Shown here: positions 9,461 to 19,122 of the stretch, one piece after another
Position numbering within the stretch: position 1 is the first letter of the stretch
How the letters are laid out: every line of letters starts with the position of its first letter
NCBI GenBank assembly: GCA_020049805.1
Contig: JAGVLN010000029.1
Span: forward strand, 6,407-70,406
Origin: Rickettsiales bacterium
Lineage (GTDB): Bacteria > Pseudomonadota > Alphaproteobacteria > Rickettsiales > JABSSG01
DNA: 64,000 bases
Reading direction: 5' to 3'
The notes under the pieces: generated by a model
Seen by the model: the letters and a program-made list of their open reading frames with translations, nothing else
The model's database searches: none
What the model was told of the DNA's origin: nothing
Position numbers and translations under genes: made by a program

Positions 9461-10561
9461 ATGTACCCAATTTTATTTATATATCTTAGTAAACAATTTC
9501 TACAAGCAATAGGTATAGTTATATCTGGGGTGACAGCTGTTTTTGTGGTTAGTAATTATATTGATTTGCTTACAAGGGCAGTAAACAAAAATGTTAGTTT
9601 TATATTAGTTACAAAACTAGCATTTGCTAAGATACCGTATTTATTACATGAATCAGTCCCGTTCTTAATATTCATTGCTGCAATTTTAGCTTTTACAAGG
9701 CTTTCTCAGAAGAATGAATATACAATTATTAAAGCTAGTGGAGTATCCATCTGGCAGCTTTTATTTCCCTTTGTTACAGTTAGTTTTGTTATAGGCATAA
9801 TATTTGTTGCTATTCTTAATCCATTATCTACAGTATTAATGGAATATAATCGTAAAATGTCTAGCAAATACTATCTAGGAAGTGGTTCTGGTAATATATT
9901 ATCCTTTTCTAACTCTGGGTTATGGTTTATGGACAAATTTTACTCTTCTAATGGCGAAAAAAGAGTAGTTCAAGCTAGATATCTGAATGTTAATGAAGCA
10001 GAATTAGCAGATGTGTCTTTTTTAGTTTTAGATCAAAATTATAATTTTATTGAAAGAATAGACGTTCCAAAAGTTATGCTTAAAGATGGGTATTGGATGT
10101 TAAAAAATCCAACTGTCTTACAAGTGCATAAATTAGCAGCTATATCTGATTCTATGGAATTACCTACAGAGTTTAAAGAATATGATCTAAAGAATAGCTT
10201 TATAGACCCGCAATCAATTTCTATATGGAAACTTGGTCATTTTATTTCAATATTAAAATCTGCAGGTTACTCAGCTTTGCAACATTCTTCCTACTTTTAT
10301 AAACTATTAGCACGTCCTTTCCTAATGTGTGGACTAGTTCTAATTGCTGCATCTTTTTCTTTAAAGCCAGCGCGTTTTATTAGCTCTCCGAAAATAATTT
10401 TTTATGGCTTGAGTAGCGGATTTTTTTTATTTTTCTCTAACGAAGTGATAACCATTTTAGGGATAAATGGTTCTTTACCTGCTTATCTAGCTTCTTTATC
10501 TGCAACATGTAGTGTTGTTATAATGGGTATTGCTTTAATATTGCATGTTAAAGAAGGTTAA
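9461..10561 (+). CDS. lptG: LPS export ABC permease LptG (LptF/G family)
   Basis: YLSKQFL N-terminal motif, 6 TM segments with a large periplasmic loop. The track ORF start at 9413 overlaps the tRNA, so I chose the ATG at 9461. Confidence 0.8.
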   Translation: MYPILFIYLSKQFLQAIGIVISGVTAVFVVSNYIDLLTRAVNKNVSFILVTKLAFAKIPYLLHESVPFLIFIAAILAFTRLSQKNEYTIIKASGVSIWQLLFPFVTVSFVIGIIFVAILNPLSTVLMEYNRKMSSKYYLGSGSGNILSFSNSGLWFMDKFYSSNGEKRVVQARYLNVNEAELADVSFLVLDQNYNFIERIDVPKVMLKDGYWMLKNPTVLQVHKLAAISDSMELPTEFKEYDLKNSFIDPQSISIWKLGHFISILKSAGYSALQHSSYFYKLLARPFLMCGLVLIAASFSLKPARFISSPKIIFYGLSSGFFLFFSNEVITILGINGSLPAYLASLSATCSVVIMGIALILHVKEG

Positions 10562-11427
10562 GCATTAACGAAATTTTTTAATTTTTCCATAGCCCTTGTT
10601 TCAATCTGGCGAATGCGTTCACGTGAGATGTTATATCTTTTGCTTAGTATATCAAGAGTTTCGGGAACTTCTTGTAAATGACGGGCTTTTATTATATCGC
10701 GTTCACGTTCATTAAGTGATGAAAGAGCTTGATTAAATAGTTTCTTTTTAATACTAGCTTCTTCATTATGAGATAGTAGAGTTTCTTGATTAGCACCAGT
10801 TTCAGGAATATGTTCTAACAAGGTAGTGACATTGCCTTCATTATTATAAATTGGAGTATCTAATGAATAATCGCTACCTTTCAATCTGATATCCATTTCT
10901 TTTACTTCGTCCAGAGACACATTTAATTGGTTAGCTACTGCTGTGATGTCATTATTAGTTAAAGCATCATTGCTATGTCCATGAATACTACGAATTTTTC
11001 TTTTAATTTTATTTAAGTTAAAAAATAATTTCTTTTGAGCAATTGTAGTACCAATTTTAACTAGGGACCAGGATTTAATAATAAATTCCTGCATAGCTGC
11101 TTTAATCCACCACATTGCGTAGGTTGAAAGACGGAAGCCTAAGTCTGGGTTAAATTTCTTCACAGCATGCATTAATCCGATATTACCTTCAGCAATAAGG
11201 TCCATTAAAGCTAAACCATAACCGCGCATGGTCGAAGCAATTTTCACTACTAACTTTAAATGACTAGTAACAAGTTTATGTGCAGCGTTGATGTCTTGAT
11301 GTTCTACTACAGCTTTAGCCAAGATATATTCTTCTGCTGCTGACAGAATAGGATATTTTTTTATTTCTTGCAGATATAAGGTTAAACCGCTATCTGCTGA
11401 AGAAAGTGTAGTTACAGCTAGGGTCAT
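10558..11427 (-). CDS. rpoH: RNA polymerase sigma-32 heat-shock factor
   Basis: RpoH box (AQKKLFFNLNKIKRKI), region 2 (EGNIGLMHAVKKF) and region 4.2 ([10 protein letters not shown]). The ATG at 11427 is preferred over the TTG at 11436. Confidence 0.92.
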   Translation of the reverse strand: MTLAVTTLSSADSGLTLYLQEIKKYPILSAAEEYILAKAVVEHQDINAAHKLVTSHLKLVVKIASTMRGYGLALMDLIAEGNIGLMHAVKKFNPDLGFRLSTYAMWWIKAAMQEFIIKSWSLVKIGTTIAQKKLFFNLNKIKRKIRSIHGHSNDALTNNDITAVANQLNVSLDEVKEMDIRLKGSDYSLDTPIYNNEGNVTTLLEHIPETGANQETLLSHNEEASIKKKLFNQALSSLNERERDIIKARHLQEVPETLDILSKRYNISRERIRQIETRAMEKLKNFVNA

Positions 11428-11627
11428 ATAAACCAAATTTTATTTGTTAATAAATATTCAAATACATATTCTATAATATAGTATAAAAGTCATTTTTTTT
11501 CAAGGGTTAAGGTAAAAAAAATAGAATTCTCTTACAAGCATATTTATGGTTATAAAAAGATACTAAATATTCTCTAAAATTAGGACACCACTCAACTTCT
11601 AACAAAATATCTGTTTTTTTTAACCTA

Positions 11628-12566
11628 TTAAAGATATTGATTTGATCTGTACCCTTCTTTTATTGTATCAAAAATAAATTTCTTATTTTTTGGGAATAGC
11701 CAAATATCATAATAATAAACTGATATACGGTTATATTTAGTTGAAAGTTTCACTGATCTTAGTAAGTCGGTAAGTATAGCAGCATAATAATTATCAATAA
11801 AAGTAAGTGGTACACCAAAATTATCGAAAATTATTAAGGAAAAACCATATTTTTCCCAAGATTTCAGTTTTGATGCTACTTCCTGTTCGCTTGTTAAGTT
11901 ATAATTAGGATTTAGTTCCATAAAAATTATAGATTCTAATTTGTGAAATTGTTTTATATAGTTATCAACTATAAGTAAATCGAAGCCATCCGTATCTGAT
12001 TTAAAAATATTAATTGGTTTTTTGATACTGCTAATAAGGTTTTCTAAATACACTTTATTAGAGATAATAGATTGAGTTTGCGTTTTTTCAAAATGGCCAG
12101 TTGTGGTGCCTTCTATGTAGGATAAATTTTCACTATCAAGTTCTGGTAAGAATAGGAATTTATCAACAATTAACGTTTTACCAGGCAACATTTTAACATT
12201 TTGGTATAGATAAGGTAAAAAAATCGTGCTACCTTCTACACTTATGACAGGCGCATCGGTAATAGATTTTACTAAGGCAGCAGTATCTCCACAATTAGCT
12301 CCTATATCAATAAAATAACCATCTGGAAAAGCTTTATATATTTCCTGTATTATAGGTATATAGCCCTTATCGTATAAGGTACCATTATTTTGATAAACAG
12401 GTAATAAATGACCTTTTGGGAGCTTTAGAATATAATTCCCTACTTTATATTCTTGATATTCTAGAATTATATTTTCATAATGCATTGAACCTTTCATAAC
12501 GGTAGAGGATCTAAAAGCCTGAGGAAAAGTTTTTATTTTATTTGTTATTTTTTTTATTAACTTCAT
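11628..12566 (-). CDS. FkbM-family SAM-dependent methyltransferase
   Basis: FIDIGANCGDTA motif typical of FkbM methyltransferases. It is the last gene of the glycan cluster. Confidence 0.65.
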   Translation of the reverse strand: MKLIKKITNKIKTFPQAFRSSTVMKGSMHYENIILEYQEYKVGNYILKLPKGHLLPVYQNNGTLYDKGYIPIIQEIYKAFPDGYFIDIGANCGDTAALVKSITDAPVISVEGSTIFLPYLYQNVKMLPGKTLIVDKFLFLPELDSENLSYIEGTTTGHFEKTQTQSIISNKVYLENLISSIKKPINIFKSDTDGFDLLIVDNYIKQFHKLESIIFMELNPNYNLTSEQEVASKLKSWEKYGFSLIIFDNFGVPLTFIDNYYAAILTDLLRSVKLSTKYNRISVYYYDIWLFPKNKKFIFDTIKEGYRSNQYL

Positions 12567-13515
12567 TATTTATCCATTTATATGTTAGCTCGAGTCCCTT
12601 TTTTAAAGAATAAGATGGTTCCCAATTTAGTTTTGCTTTAATTAATTTATTATCTGAATTTCTCCCATTAACTCCTGTAGGGCCTGGAATGTAGTTGATG
12701 CTTACTTTTTTACCAGATATTGAAATAATATTTTCAGCTAAATTTGTTATTGTCACCATTTCTTCAGATCCGATGTTTACAGGGCCTGTAAAATCTGATC
12801 TCATAAGTCTTAAGGTAGCATCTATACAATCTTCTATATATAAGAATGACCTTGTTTGCTTGCCGGTTCCCCAAACCTCAATTGAACTACCATTTGGTGC
12901 CAAAGTGACTTTTCTACAAAGTGCAGCTGGTGCTTTTTCTCTACCACCGAACCAAGTACCTTCAGGGCCGTAAATATTGTGATATCTTGCAACTCTACTT
13001 TCAATTCCATAGTTCTTAGCATAAGCAAGGTATAACCTTTCCGAAAAAAGTTTCTCCCAGCCATATTCACTATCTGGTGCAGCTGGATATGCAGAATCCT
13101 CGGAGCATTTGGGGTTTAAAGGATCTAATTGATTGTATTCAGGGTACATACAAGCTGATCCTGAATAGAATATGCGTTTTATATTTCTTTTATGACATGC
13201 GTCTAAAACATTTAAATTAATTAAAGCGGAATTATAAAGGATATCAGCATCATGCTCTCCAGTAAAAACGAAACCTGCTCCACCCATATCGGCAGCTAAT
13301 TGATAGACTTCATCAAATTTTTTATCTAATACATATTTAACAGAATATTGATCACGTAGATCCGATATTACAAAATCATCGGCTTTTGTTTCGGAAAATT
13401 CAGGATATTTTAAATCTACAGCTCTAACCCAAAAGCCTTCTTCTTTTAATCTTTTTACTAAGTGACTTCCTATGAAGCCACCACCACCTAATACAATAGC
13501 CGTTTTAGAACTCAT
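12538..13515 (-). CDS. NAD-dependent sugar-nucleotide epimerase, GDP-mannose 3,5-epimerase (GME)-like
   Basis: GGGGFIGSH Rossmann motif. The blocks LAADMGGAGF, SSACMYPE, YGWEKL and RYHNIYGPEGTWFGGREKAPAALCRK closely mirror the plant/bacterial GME signature NIYGPxGTWxGGREKAPAAFCRK. Confidence 0.8.
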   Translation of the reverse strand: MSSKTAIVLGGGGFIGSHLVKRLKEEGFWVRAVDLKYPEFSETKADDFVISDLRDQYSVKYVLDKKFDEVYQLAADMGGAGFVFTGEHDADILYNSALINLNVLDACHKRNIKRIFYSGSACMYPEYNQLDPLNPKCSEDSAYPAAPDSEYGWEKLFSERLYLAYAKNYGIESRVARYHNIYGPEGTWFGGREKAPAALCRKVTLAPNGSSIEVWGTGKQTRSFLYIEDCIDATLRLMRSDFTGPVNIGSEEMVTITNLAENIISISGKKVSINYIPGPTGVNGRNSDNKLIKAKLNWEPSYSLKKGLELTYKWINNEVNKKNNK

Positions 13516-14650
13516 ACATACTTCTCCATATTTTATAAATTAGATAATTAATTGGTAACTTTAAATTTGATTTTAACCATCTTGGAATAGATTCTTCTAA
13601 GCTCTCTTCATTAATATATAAATTATTTATTACTCTATTAACAAGTGCAAAAGTAACTTCCATAGTTCCTACTTGAGCATAATCTTTTAATAGTTCTACA
13701 GGAATGTTTTTTAGAATTTTTGTATTAAGGGTGGTGTTGTTTATAAATTTTTCAATTAAAACAGGTAAAACTTCTTTCAGAGAAAATTCCCAATTTTTAT
13801 ACCCTTTTGCTATATAAGATCGAGCTTGTGAACCTATGCTATGAAAATCAACTTCTCTAAAATCAATTTTAGAAGAGGAATTGTATGAAAATAAAATTCC
13901 TGTTTGAAAATTGTCTATATATTCATTCATTGTCGCTTGATCATTGGCAAATACACACATACCAGAAGCCATAGCTTCTAAAAAGGTCAAACCTATTCCT
14001 TCAGCTAATCTTGGTGATATAAATATATTAAAGTTATTCAAAAATTCAAAATATTCATTGCTAGAGGAGAATGTTTCGGACTCTGTATACTTTTTTGTGT
14101 TTAAAAATTTAGCATTTGAACGAAAAGTATTTGGATCCTGAAAGTTATGTTTATGAAAATGATCGCAAAACATTATCATCTTATTCAGGAGAGATATATT
14201 TATGTAGTTAGAATTTCTTTCTGGAAAGAAAATTTTTGATTCTTTTGATTTTTTAACTAACCTAAAATTATCAGGGTTAGGAAAAAATTGAACATAAGTA
14301 GAATTTAATCCATATCCTAATGATAAGTTATGCATTTTTTTAGAAAAATTTATTGTATTAACTTCTCTTAATAGTTTCCAATGTATCTGGTTATAACCAT
14401 ATGAACCATCGAGCATTGGAATTAATAACACTTTTTTTTCGTATTTCCTTAAATATGGCGCTATAAAATCATATTGCCACACTATAAAATACTCATATTT
14501 TGAAATAACATTCATGTTTAAGTCTGTATCTATATTAGATACATATATTAAATCTATGTCATATCCTTGATTTTTTAGAAATTTGGTAAAAAAGGAAGAT
14601 GATGATGTGATTTTATGATATGGGTGATCAATAAAAGCAATCTTAGTCAT
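13505..14650 (-). CDS. GT4-family glycosyltransferase
   Basis: C-terminal EGIGLTFLEAMASGMCVFAND (EX7E-type GT-B donor-binding motif). Confidence 0.7.
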   Translation of the reverse strand: MTKIAFIDHPYHKITSSSSFFTKFLKNQGYDIDLIYVSNIDTDLNMNVISKYEYFIVWQYDFIAPYLRKYEKKVLLIPMLDGSYGYNQIHWKLLREVNTINFSKKMHNLSLGYGLNSTYVQFFPNPDNFRLVKKSKESKIFFPERNSNYINISLLNKMIMFCDHFHKHNFQDPNTFRSNAKFLNTKKYTESETFSSSNEYFEFLNNFNIFISPRLAEGIGLTFLEAMASGMCVFANDQATMNEYIDNFQTGILFSYNSSSKIDFREVDFHSIGSQARSYIAKGYKNWEFSLKEVLPVLIEKFINNTTLNTKILKNIPVELLKDYAQVGTMEVTFALVNRVINNLYINEESLEESIPRWLKSNLKLPINYLIYKIWRSMYEF

Positions 14651-15836
14651 TCTTTACTACCAAATTGAAATTTTCGAAAAACCCTTTAGAATCACCTCTT
14701 AGTACCTTTTTATGCTTATCATTTGCTTTAAGATAAACTACCATATGGTCTCTTAATTCGTCATAATCAGAAAAATCATTACCAATACCGTAAAGTTGTG
14801 CTTCAATTGTGAAACCTAAAGATTTTCTGTATAAAATCATTTTATTATTTACTAAACCATCAAAAAACACCGCCGAACCTCTTAATTTATATACATCACT
14901 ATCATAATCTAAAATCAAAATATCAACCGAATGGAGAAGGGGATAATATTCATCATCATGCAAGAAATGAGGATATAAAATCATATTCTTGATTTCTACT
15001 AAAGAAAGCTCATAAGGCGTTAATGGTCCTTTTTTAAGTTGGGCTATAAATTCACAACTATTTGAAATAATTGAATTGGCATTTAAAAAAGTAATAAGAC
15101 TATAAAGTTTTTTATAGCCTTTATCGGGCCTAGGTGAGCCTAAAAACCCGATTCTGATTTTAGTATTTTCTTTTTTCTCTTGAGAAAAGGGACTCATGAG
15201 TGTATTAGGAATAACAACAACATCAATATTTTTCTTAATTATATTTTGATAAAAATTTCTTAATTTAATAGTTTCTGTAGATAATTCAATTTTTACTCCT
15301 CTTTTTATCATATGGTTTATCAGAAATATTGATATAAGGAGGCTCAATTTCGTTGACATCTCCATTACGCCTATAAGCCTAAAATGTATAATAGGCATTT
15401 GTTTTTTTTTCAATAAACTCATAACATATAATGATACAATACTTGCACTATCTGTGCTAGGGTAAAAAAGCTTATCATTCTTACTTATTCTATAATCCTT
15501 AAAGAAACGATAGTATATTATTACCATTAATAATCTAGTTATTATATGCCTTATAGGTGTTATGCCATAGGTGATTAGTTTTTTTAAAAAACTTCGTTTG
15601 TCTATTTTAAAATCTAATCTCAGGATTTTTAAAAGATTTTTATTATATGGCCAGTTTAGTATATTAATGCTATTTATGGCTTTGTCATTAGGTTTCGATA
15701 ATAATTTACTGAAATATTTAGAAAAAACAAATTTATTTTCAATATTATTTTTGTGGAATAATTCAGAAAAACGAAGGCAACTGTGATAATTGTGGCCAAA
15801 ATCACTAACAACTAACGGATCAACAATATATATCAT
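14643..15836 (-). CDS. hypothetical protein of the glycan cluster (possible GT-B glycosyltransferase)
   Basis: Long ORF with an 8-nt overlap onto the GT4 gene. I recognised no diagnostic motif. Confidence 0.4.
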   Translation of the reverse strand: MIYIVDPLVVSDFGHNYHSCLRFSELFHKNNIENKFVFSKYFSKLLSKPNDKAINSINILNWPYNKNLLKILRLDFKIDKRSFLKKLITYGITPIRHIITRLLMVIIYYRFFKDYRISKNDKLFYPSTDSASIVSLYVMSLLKKKQMPIIHFRLIGVMEMSTKLSLLISIFLINHMIKRGVKIELSTETIKLRNFYQNIIKKNIDVVVIPNTLMSPFSQEKKENTKIRIGFLGSPRPDKGYKKLYSLITFLNANSIISNSCEFIAQLKKGPLTPYELSLVEIKNMILYPHFLHDDEYYPLLHSVDILILDYDSDVYKLRGSAVFFDGLVNNKMILYRKSLGFTIEAQLYGIGNDFSDYDELRDHMVVYLKANDKHKKVLRGDSKGFFENFNLVVKND

Positions 15837-16165
15837 GTTTTATTTGAGTTTGGTATTATTTTACTTTATCGATTGCTAAAGCTTTGTGCTTTTATAATTA
15901 TTCAATATAAATTGAATACATTAAATAGATAATTTATGCAATAGGTTTTTCTATCCTTTTAATTCAAATATATACCAAAACCTTTAAGTCAATTTTTTTA
16001 AATTTCTATCCGTATCAATAATTTTTGCAAGTTTTATGTATAAGGTGAAATTATAGAAATTTATGTAGCTTATTAAAATGAATTAATATTCTGGTAAGTA
16101 AACCTCTAGTAAATAGTAGGTTAATATGTTATAAGTACCTAAATTTAGGTTGATAGTTGAAGCAA

Positions 16166-17515
16166 ATGATTACTGTTCAAAATAATGTAAAATTAGTACC
16201 ACATTGGTTGTTTTTAGCTGTGTCAGCAATTGCAATTGCGGGCTTATATTCAATAATACTTGTATTATTACGGACCCCAATTTTTTACGAATTGATACCA
16301 TATAAAAATTTTTTTAAATCAGCTTTAATTGTCCATGTCGATCTATCAGTTTTAGTATGGTTTTTTGCCATTCAATCAGCACTAATTAGTCAATATATAA
16401 ATAATCTTTATATTTCTAAGTTAGTCCTGGGTTTAGCTATTTTGGGAGCTTTAATCCTTGCTGGTTCGCCACTTCAAACATCCATACCTTTTATGAACAA
16501 TTATGTGCCTATTTTACAGAATTTTAGTTTTGCGTTTAGTGTAGGTTTATTTACCAGTGCAGTATTGATCTATAATGTTTACTTTATAGGTGCAAATGTT
16601 CTTTCTTTAAATAAATATTTTATTGATCAGAAGTTTTTATATAGTTGTACTTCTTCAATTATAGTTTTAGCCGCCATAATTTGTATTTACATTGCAAAGT
16701 ATAAACTGCAAGCCATTGATTATTTAGTAGATTTTGGAATCCAAGATTTTTTCGAGCGTTTATTTTGGGGAGGTGGCCATATATTGCAGTTTGCGTACAT
16801 GCAATTAATGCAGTTTGCTTGGATTGTATTATATCAGAAGGTTACTGATAGTATTTTTAAGCAGAATAAGATTTTATTAGTTATTGCTTTAATCAACCCG
16901 ATTGTTGCATTACCGATGATAATTATTATGAACAATATGGCAATTGATTCTGCTGATTATATAATAGCTTTTACTGATCATATGCGCTATTTTGCTGGAA
17001 TTGCTCCTACCTTACTTGCGAGTTATTTATTGTTTAGATTAATTCGGACTGGAAAAGCTAAAATTTATGATTTTGAATTTTCTGCCCTAATTTCTTCGAT
17101 GACCTTATTTTTTGTAGGAGGCTTAATCAGCCTTTTCATCAAAGAGAGTAATACTATTATTCCTGCGCATTATCATGGTTCGATTGTGGGGGTTACGGTT
17201 GCCTTGATGGGATTATTGTATGTAAATTTAGTAGAGTTAAATTTTAAATTTAATAAAAATAAATTAATGGTTCTTATTCCTTACCTTTACTGTTTAGGGC
17301 AGTTCGCCCATATTATGGGGCTAGCAATTTCTGGTGGCTACGGAGCTTTAAGAAAAACCCCAGGTGAGGTTTTGAGCTCAAAAGCCATGACAGCTCTAGG
17401 TTTAATGGGGGCAGGTGGCTTAATTGCATTAATGGGTGGTTTATTATTTGTATATATATGTTATAATGCATTTTTCCATAAATGGTGTCAGAAAAAGAGA
17501 GTCATTAATGAATAA
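16166..17515 (+). CDS. 12-TM membrane protein resembling heme-copper oxidase subunit I
   Basis: About 12 hydrophobic helices. Histidines fall in HCO-like positions: HVDLSV (helix II-like), GGGHILQF (compare WFFGHPEVY), DHMRYF (compare HHMF), PAHYHGS (compare helix X HxH). Confidence 0.4.
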   Translation: MITVQNNVKLVPHWLFLAVSAIAIAGLYSIILVLLRTPIFYELIPYKNFFKSALIVHVDLSVLVWFFAIQSALISQYINNLYISKLVLGLAILGALILAGSPLQTSIPFMNNYVPILQNFSFAFSVGLFTSAVLIYNVYFIGANVLSLNKYFIDQKFLYSCTSSIIVLAAIICIYIAKYKLQAIDYLVDFGIQDFFERLFWGGGHILQFAYMQLMQFAWIVLYQKVTDSIFKQNKILLVIALINPIVALPMIIIMNNMAIDSADYIIAFTDHMRYFAGIAPTLLASYLLFRLIRTGKAKIYDFEFSALISSMTLFFVGGLISLFIKESNTIIPAHYHGSIVGVTVALMGLLYVNLVELNFKFNKNKLMVLIPYLYCLGQFAHIMGLAISGGYGALRKTPGEVLSSKAMTALGLMGAGGLIALMGGLLFVYICYNAFFHKWCQKKRVINE

Positions 17516-18092
17516 TCATTCAAAAAAACCTAAGCAAGAGCAGGTAGAGGAAGCGATACGAACTATAATAAGCTGGTTAGGAGATGATCCTAATAGAGAA
17601 GGTTTAAAAGAGACTCCAAAAAGAGTTGCTAAGGCTTATACAGAATTCTTTATTGGTTATAGCCAAGACCCAAAAGATGTTTTTACTAAGGTTTTTGATG
17701 ACATAGCGGGTTATAATGAAATGATTCTATTACAAGATATTAGTTTTATTTCTTTTTGTGAGCACCATTTGTTACCTTTTAAAGGAAAAGCTAATGTTGC
17801 TTATATCCCGAATGCTAAAATAGTTGGTATTAGTAAAATTGTTAGGGTAATAGAAATTCTAACTAAAAGACTACAAATACAAGAAAGGCTTACTGCTCAA
17901 ATTGCTAATACTATTGAAGAGTGTATTAAACCTAAAGGAGTAGCAGTATCCATGGTAGCTGAACATGAATGTATGGCATGCCGAGGAGTCAATAAACATG
18001 GTATAAAGGTTAAAACTTATCATTTATTAGGATCTTTTAAAGAGGATAGTCATTTGCAGCATAATTTTTTTACTTTATCTGATAGGAAATAA
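17508..18092 (+). CDS. folE: GTP cyclohydrolase I
   Basis: GLKETPKRVAKAY, CEHHLLPF and ISKIVRV..RLQIQERLT motifs. The start at 17508 forms an ATGAATAA overlap with the upstream stop. Confidence 0.92.
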   Translation: MNNHSKKPKQEQVEEAIRTIISWLGDDPNREGLKETPKRVAKAYTEFFIGYSQDPKDVFTKVFDDIAGYNEMILLQDISFISFCEHHLLPFKGKANVAYIPNAKIVGISKIVRVIEILTKRLQIQERLTAQIANTIEECIKPKGVAVSMVAEHECMACRGVNKHGIKVKTYHLLGSFKEDSHLQHNFFTLSDRK

Positions 18093-18096
18093 ATTT

Positions 18097-19116
18097 ATGA
18101 AAGAACATAAGAAATATAATGTAGCAGTTGTTGGTGCTACAGGAAATGTGGGTACAACTATGTTATCGATACTATCAGAAAGGAATTTTCCCGTTGCTAA
18201 TATTCATGCTATTGCTTCACGTCAATCATTAGGAAAAGAAGTAAGTTTTGGTGAAGAAAAAATTCTCAAGGTTAAATCATTAGATGATTTTGATTTTGGC
18301 CAGGTTGATATTGCTCTATTTTCCCCTGGAGGTACTGTTTCTAGCAAATATGCACCAATAGCTGCTGCTGCTGGTTGTGTGGTAATTGATAATACTTCTT
18401 ATTTTCGTATGAACCCTGATATTCCTCTTATTGTACCGGAAGTCAATGGTGAACAAATTAAAAATTATAAAAATAAAAACATTATTGCTAATCCTAATTG
18501 TTCTACTATTCAGTTAGTAATGGCATTGAAGCCATTGCATGATTTAGTGCCAATAAAAAGGGTGGTAGTTGCCACTTATCAATCAGTTTCTGGTGCTGGA
18601 AAGCAAGCTATGGATGAATTATATGGGCAGACTAAGAGTATTTTTACATACCAAAAACTACTTCCTGAGAAGTTTTCTCGCCAAATAGCATTTAATCTTA
18701 TTCCTCAAATAGATTCTTTTGATAAAGATGGCTTCACTAAAGAAGAAAATAAAATGCGTAATGAAACAAAGAAAATTTTAAGTCCAGATATTGAGTTAGT
18801 AGCTACTTGTGTGCGAGTGCCAGTATTTATAGGGCATAGCGAAGCTGTAAATATCGAATTTCATGATAACATTAGTTTAGATAAAGCTATTAAAGCTTTA
18901 AAGAAGATGCCAGGAATCACAGTTTCTGAGCAGGATGATAAGTTTAATACTCCAATAGAATGTGCTGGTGAAGATCTTGTTTATGTTTCTCGTATTAGAA
19001 AAGATCCTACTATGGATAATGCTCTTTGTTTATGGGTGGTTTCTGATAATATTCGTAAAGGAGCTGCGCTCAATGCAGTACAGATAGCGGAACTATTAGT
19101 ACAGAAATATCTCTAA
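18097..19116 (+). CDS. asd: aspartate-semialdehyde dehydrogenase
   Basis: VGATGNVG Rossmann motif, active-site NPNCSTIQ, SVSGAG block. Confidence 0.95.
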   Translation: MKEHKKYNVAVVGATGNVGTTMLSILSERNFPVANIHAIASRQSLGKEVSFGEEKILKVKSLDDFDFGQVDIALFSPGGTVSSKYAPIAAAAGCVVIDNTSYFRMNPDIPLIVPEVNGEQIKNYKNKNIIANPNCSTIQLVMALKPLHDLVPIKRVVVATYQSVSGAGKQAMDELYGQTKSIFTYQKLLPEKFSRQIAFNLIPQIDSFDKDGFTKEENKMRNETKKILSPDIELVATCVRVPVFIGHSEAVNIEFHDNISLDKAIKALKKMPGITVSEQDDKFNTPIECAGEDLVYVSRIRKDPTMDNALCLWVVSDNIRKGAALNAVQIAELLVQKYL

Positions 19117-19122
19117 AGCAGA

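Noticed and set aside
12695-13070. ORFs 12695-12973 (+) and 12834-13070 (-)
   Set aside because: They lie inside the GME-like epimerase gene in other frames, and the GME frame has strong motif support.
13944-14141. 65-aa + ORF
   Set aside because: It is antisense inside the GT4 gene.
15571-15786. 71-aa + ORF
   Set aside because: It is antisense inside ORF 14643-15836.
15837-16165. Long AT-rich divergent intergenic region as possible replication origin
   Set aside because: It has no dnaA/dnaN neighbourhood, I could not find a cluster of TTATCCACA-like boxes, and only a trivial 7-bp inverted repeat (attcaat..attgaat) is present.
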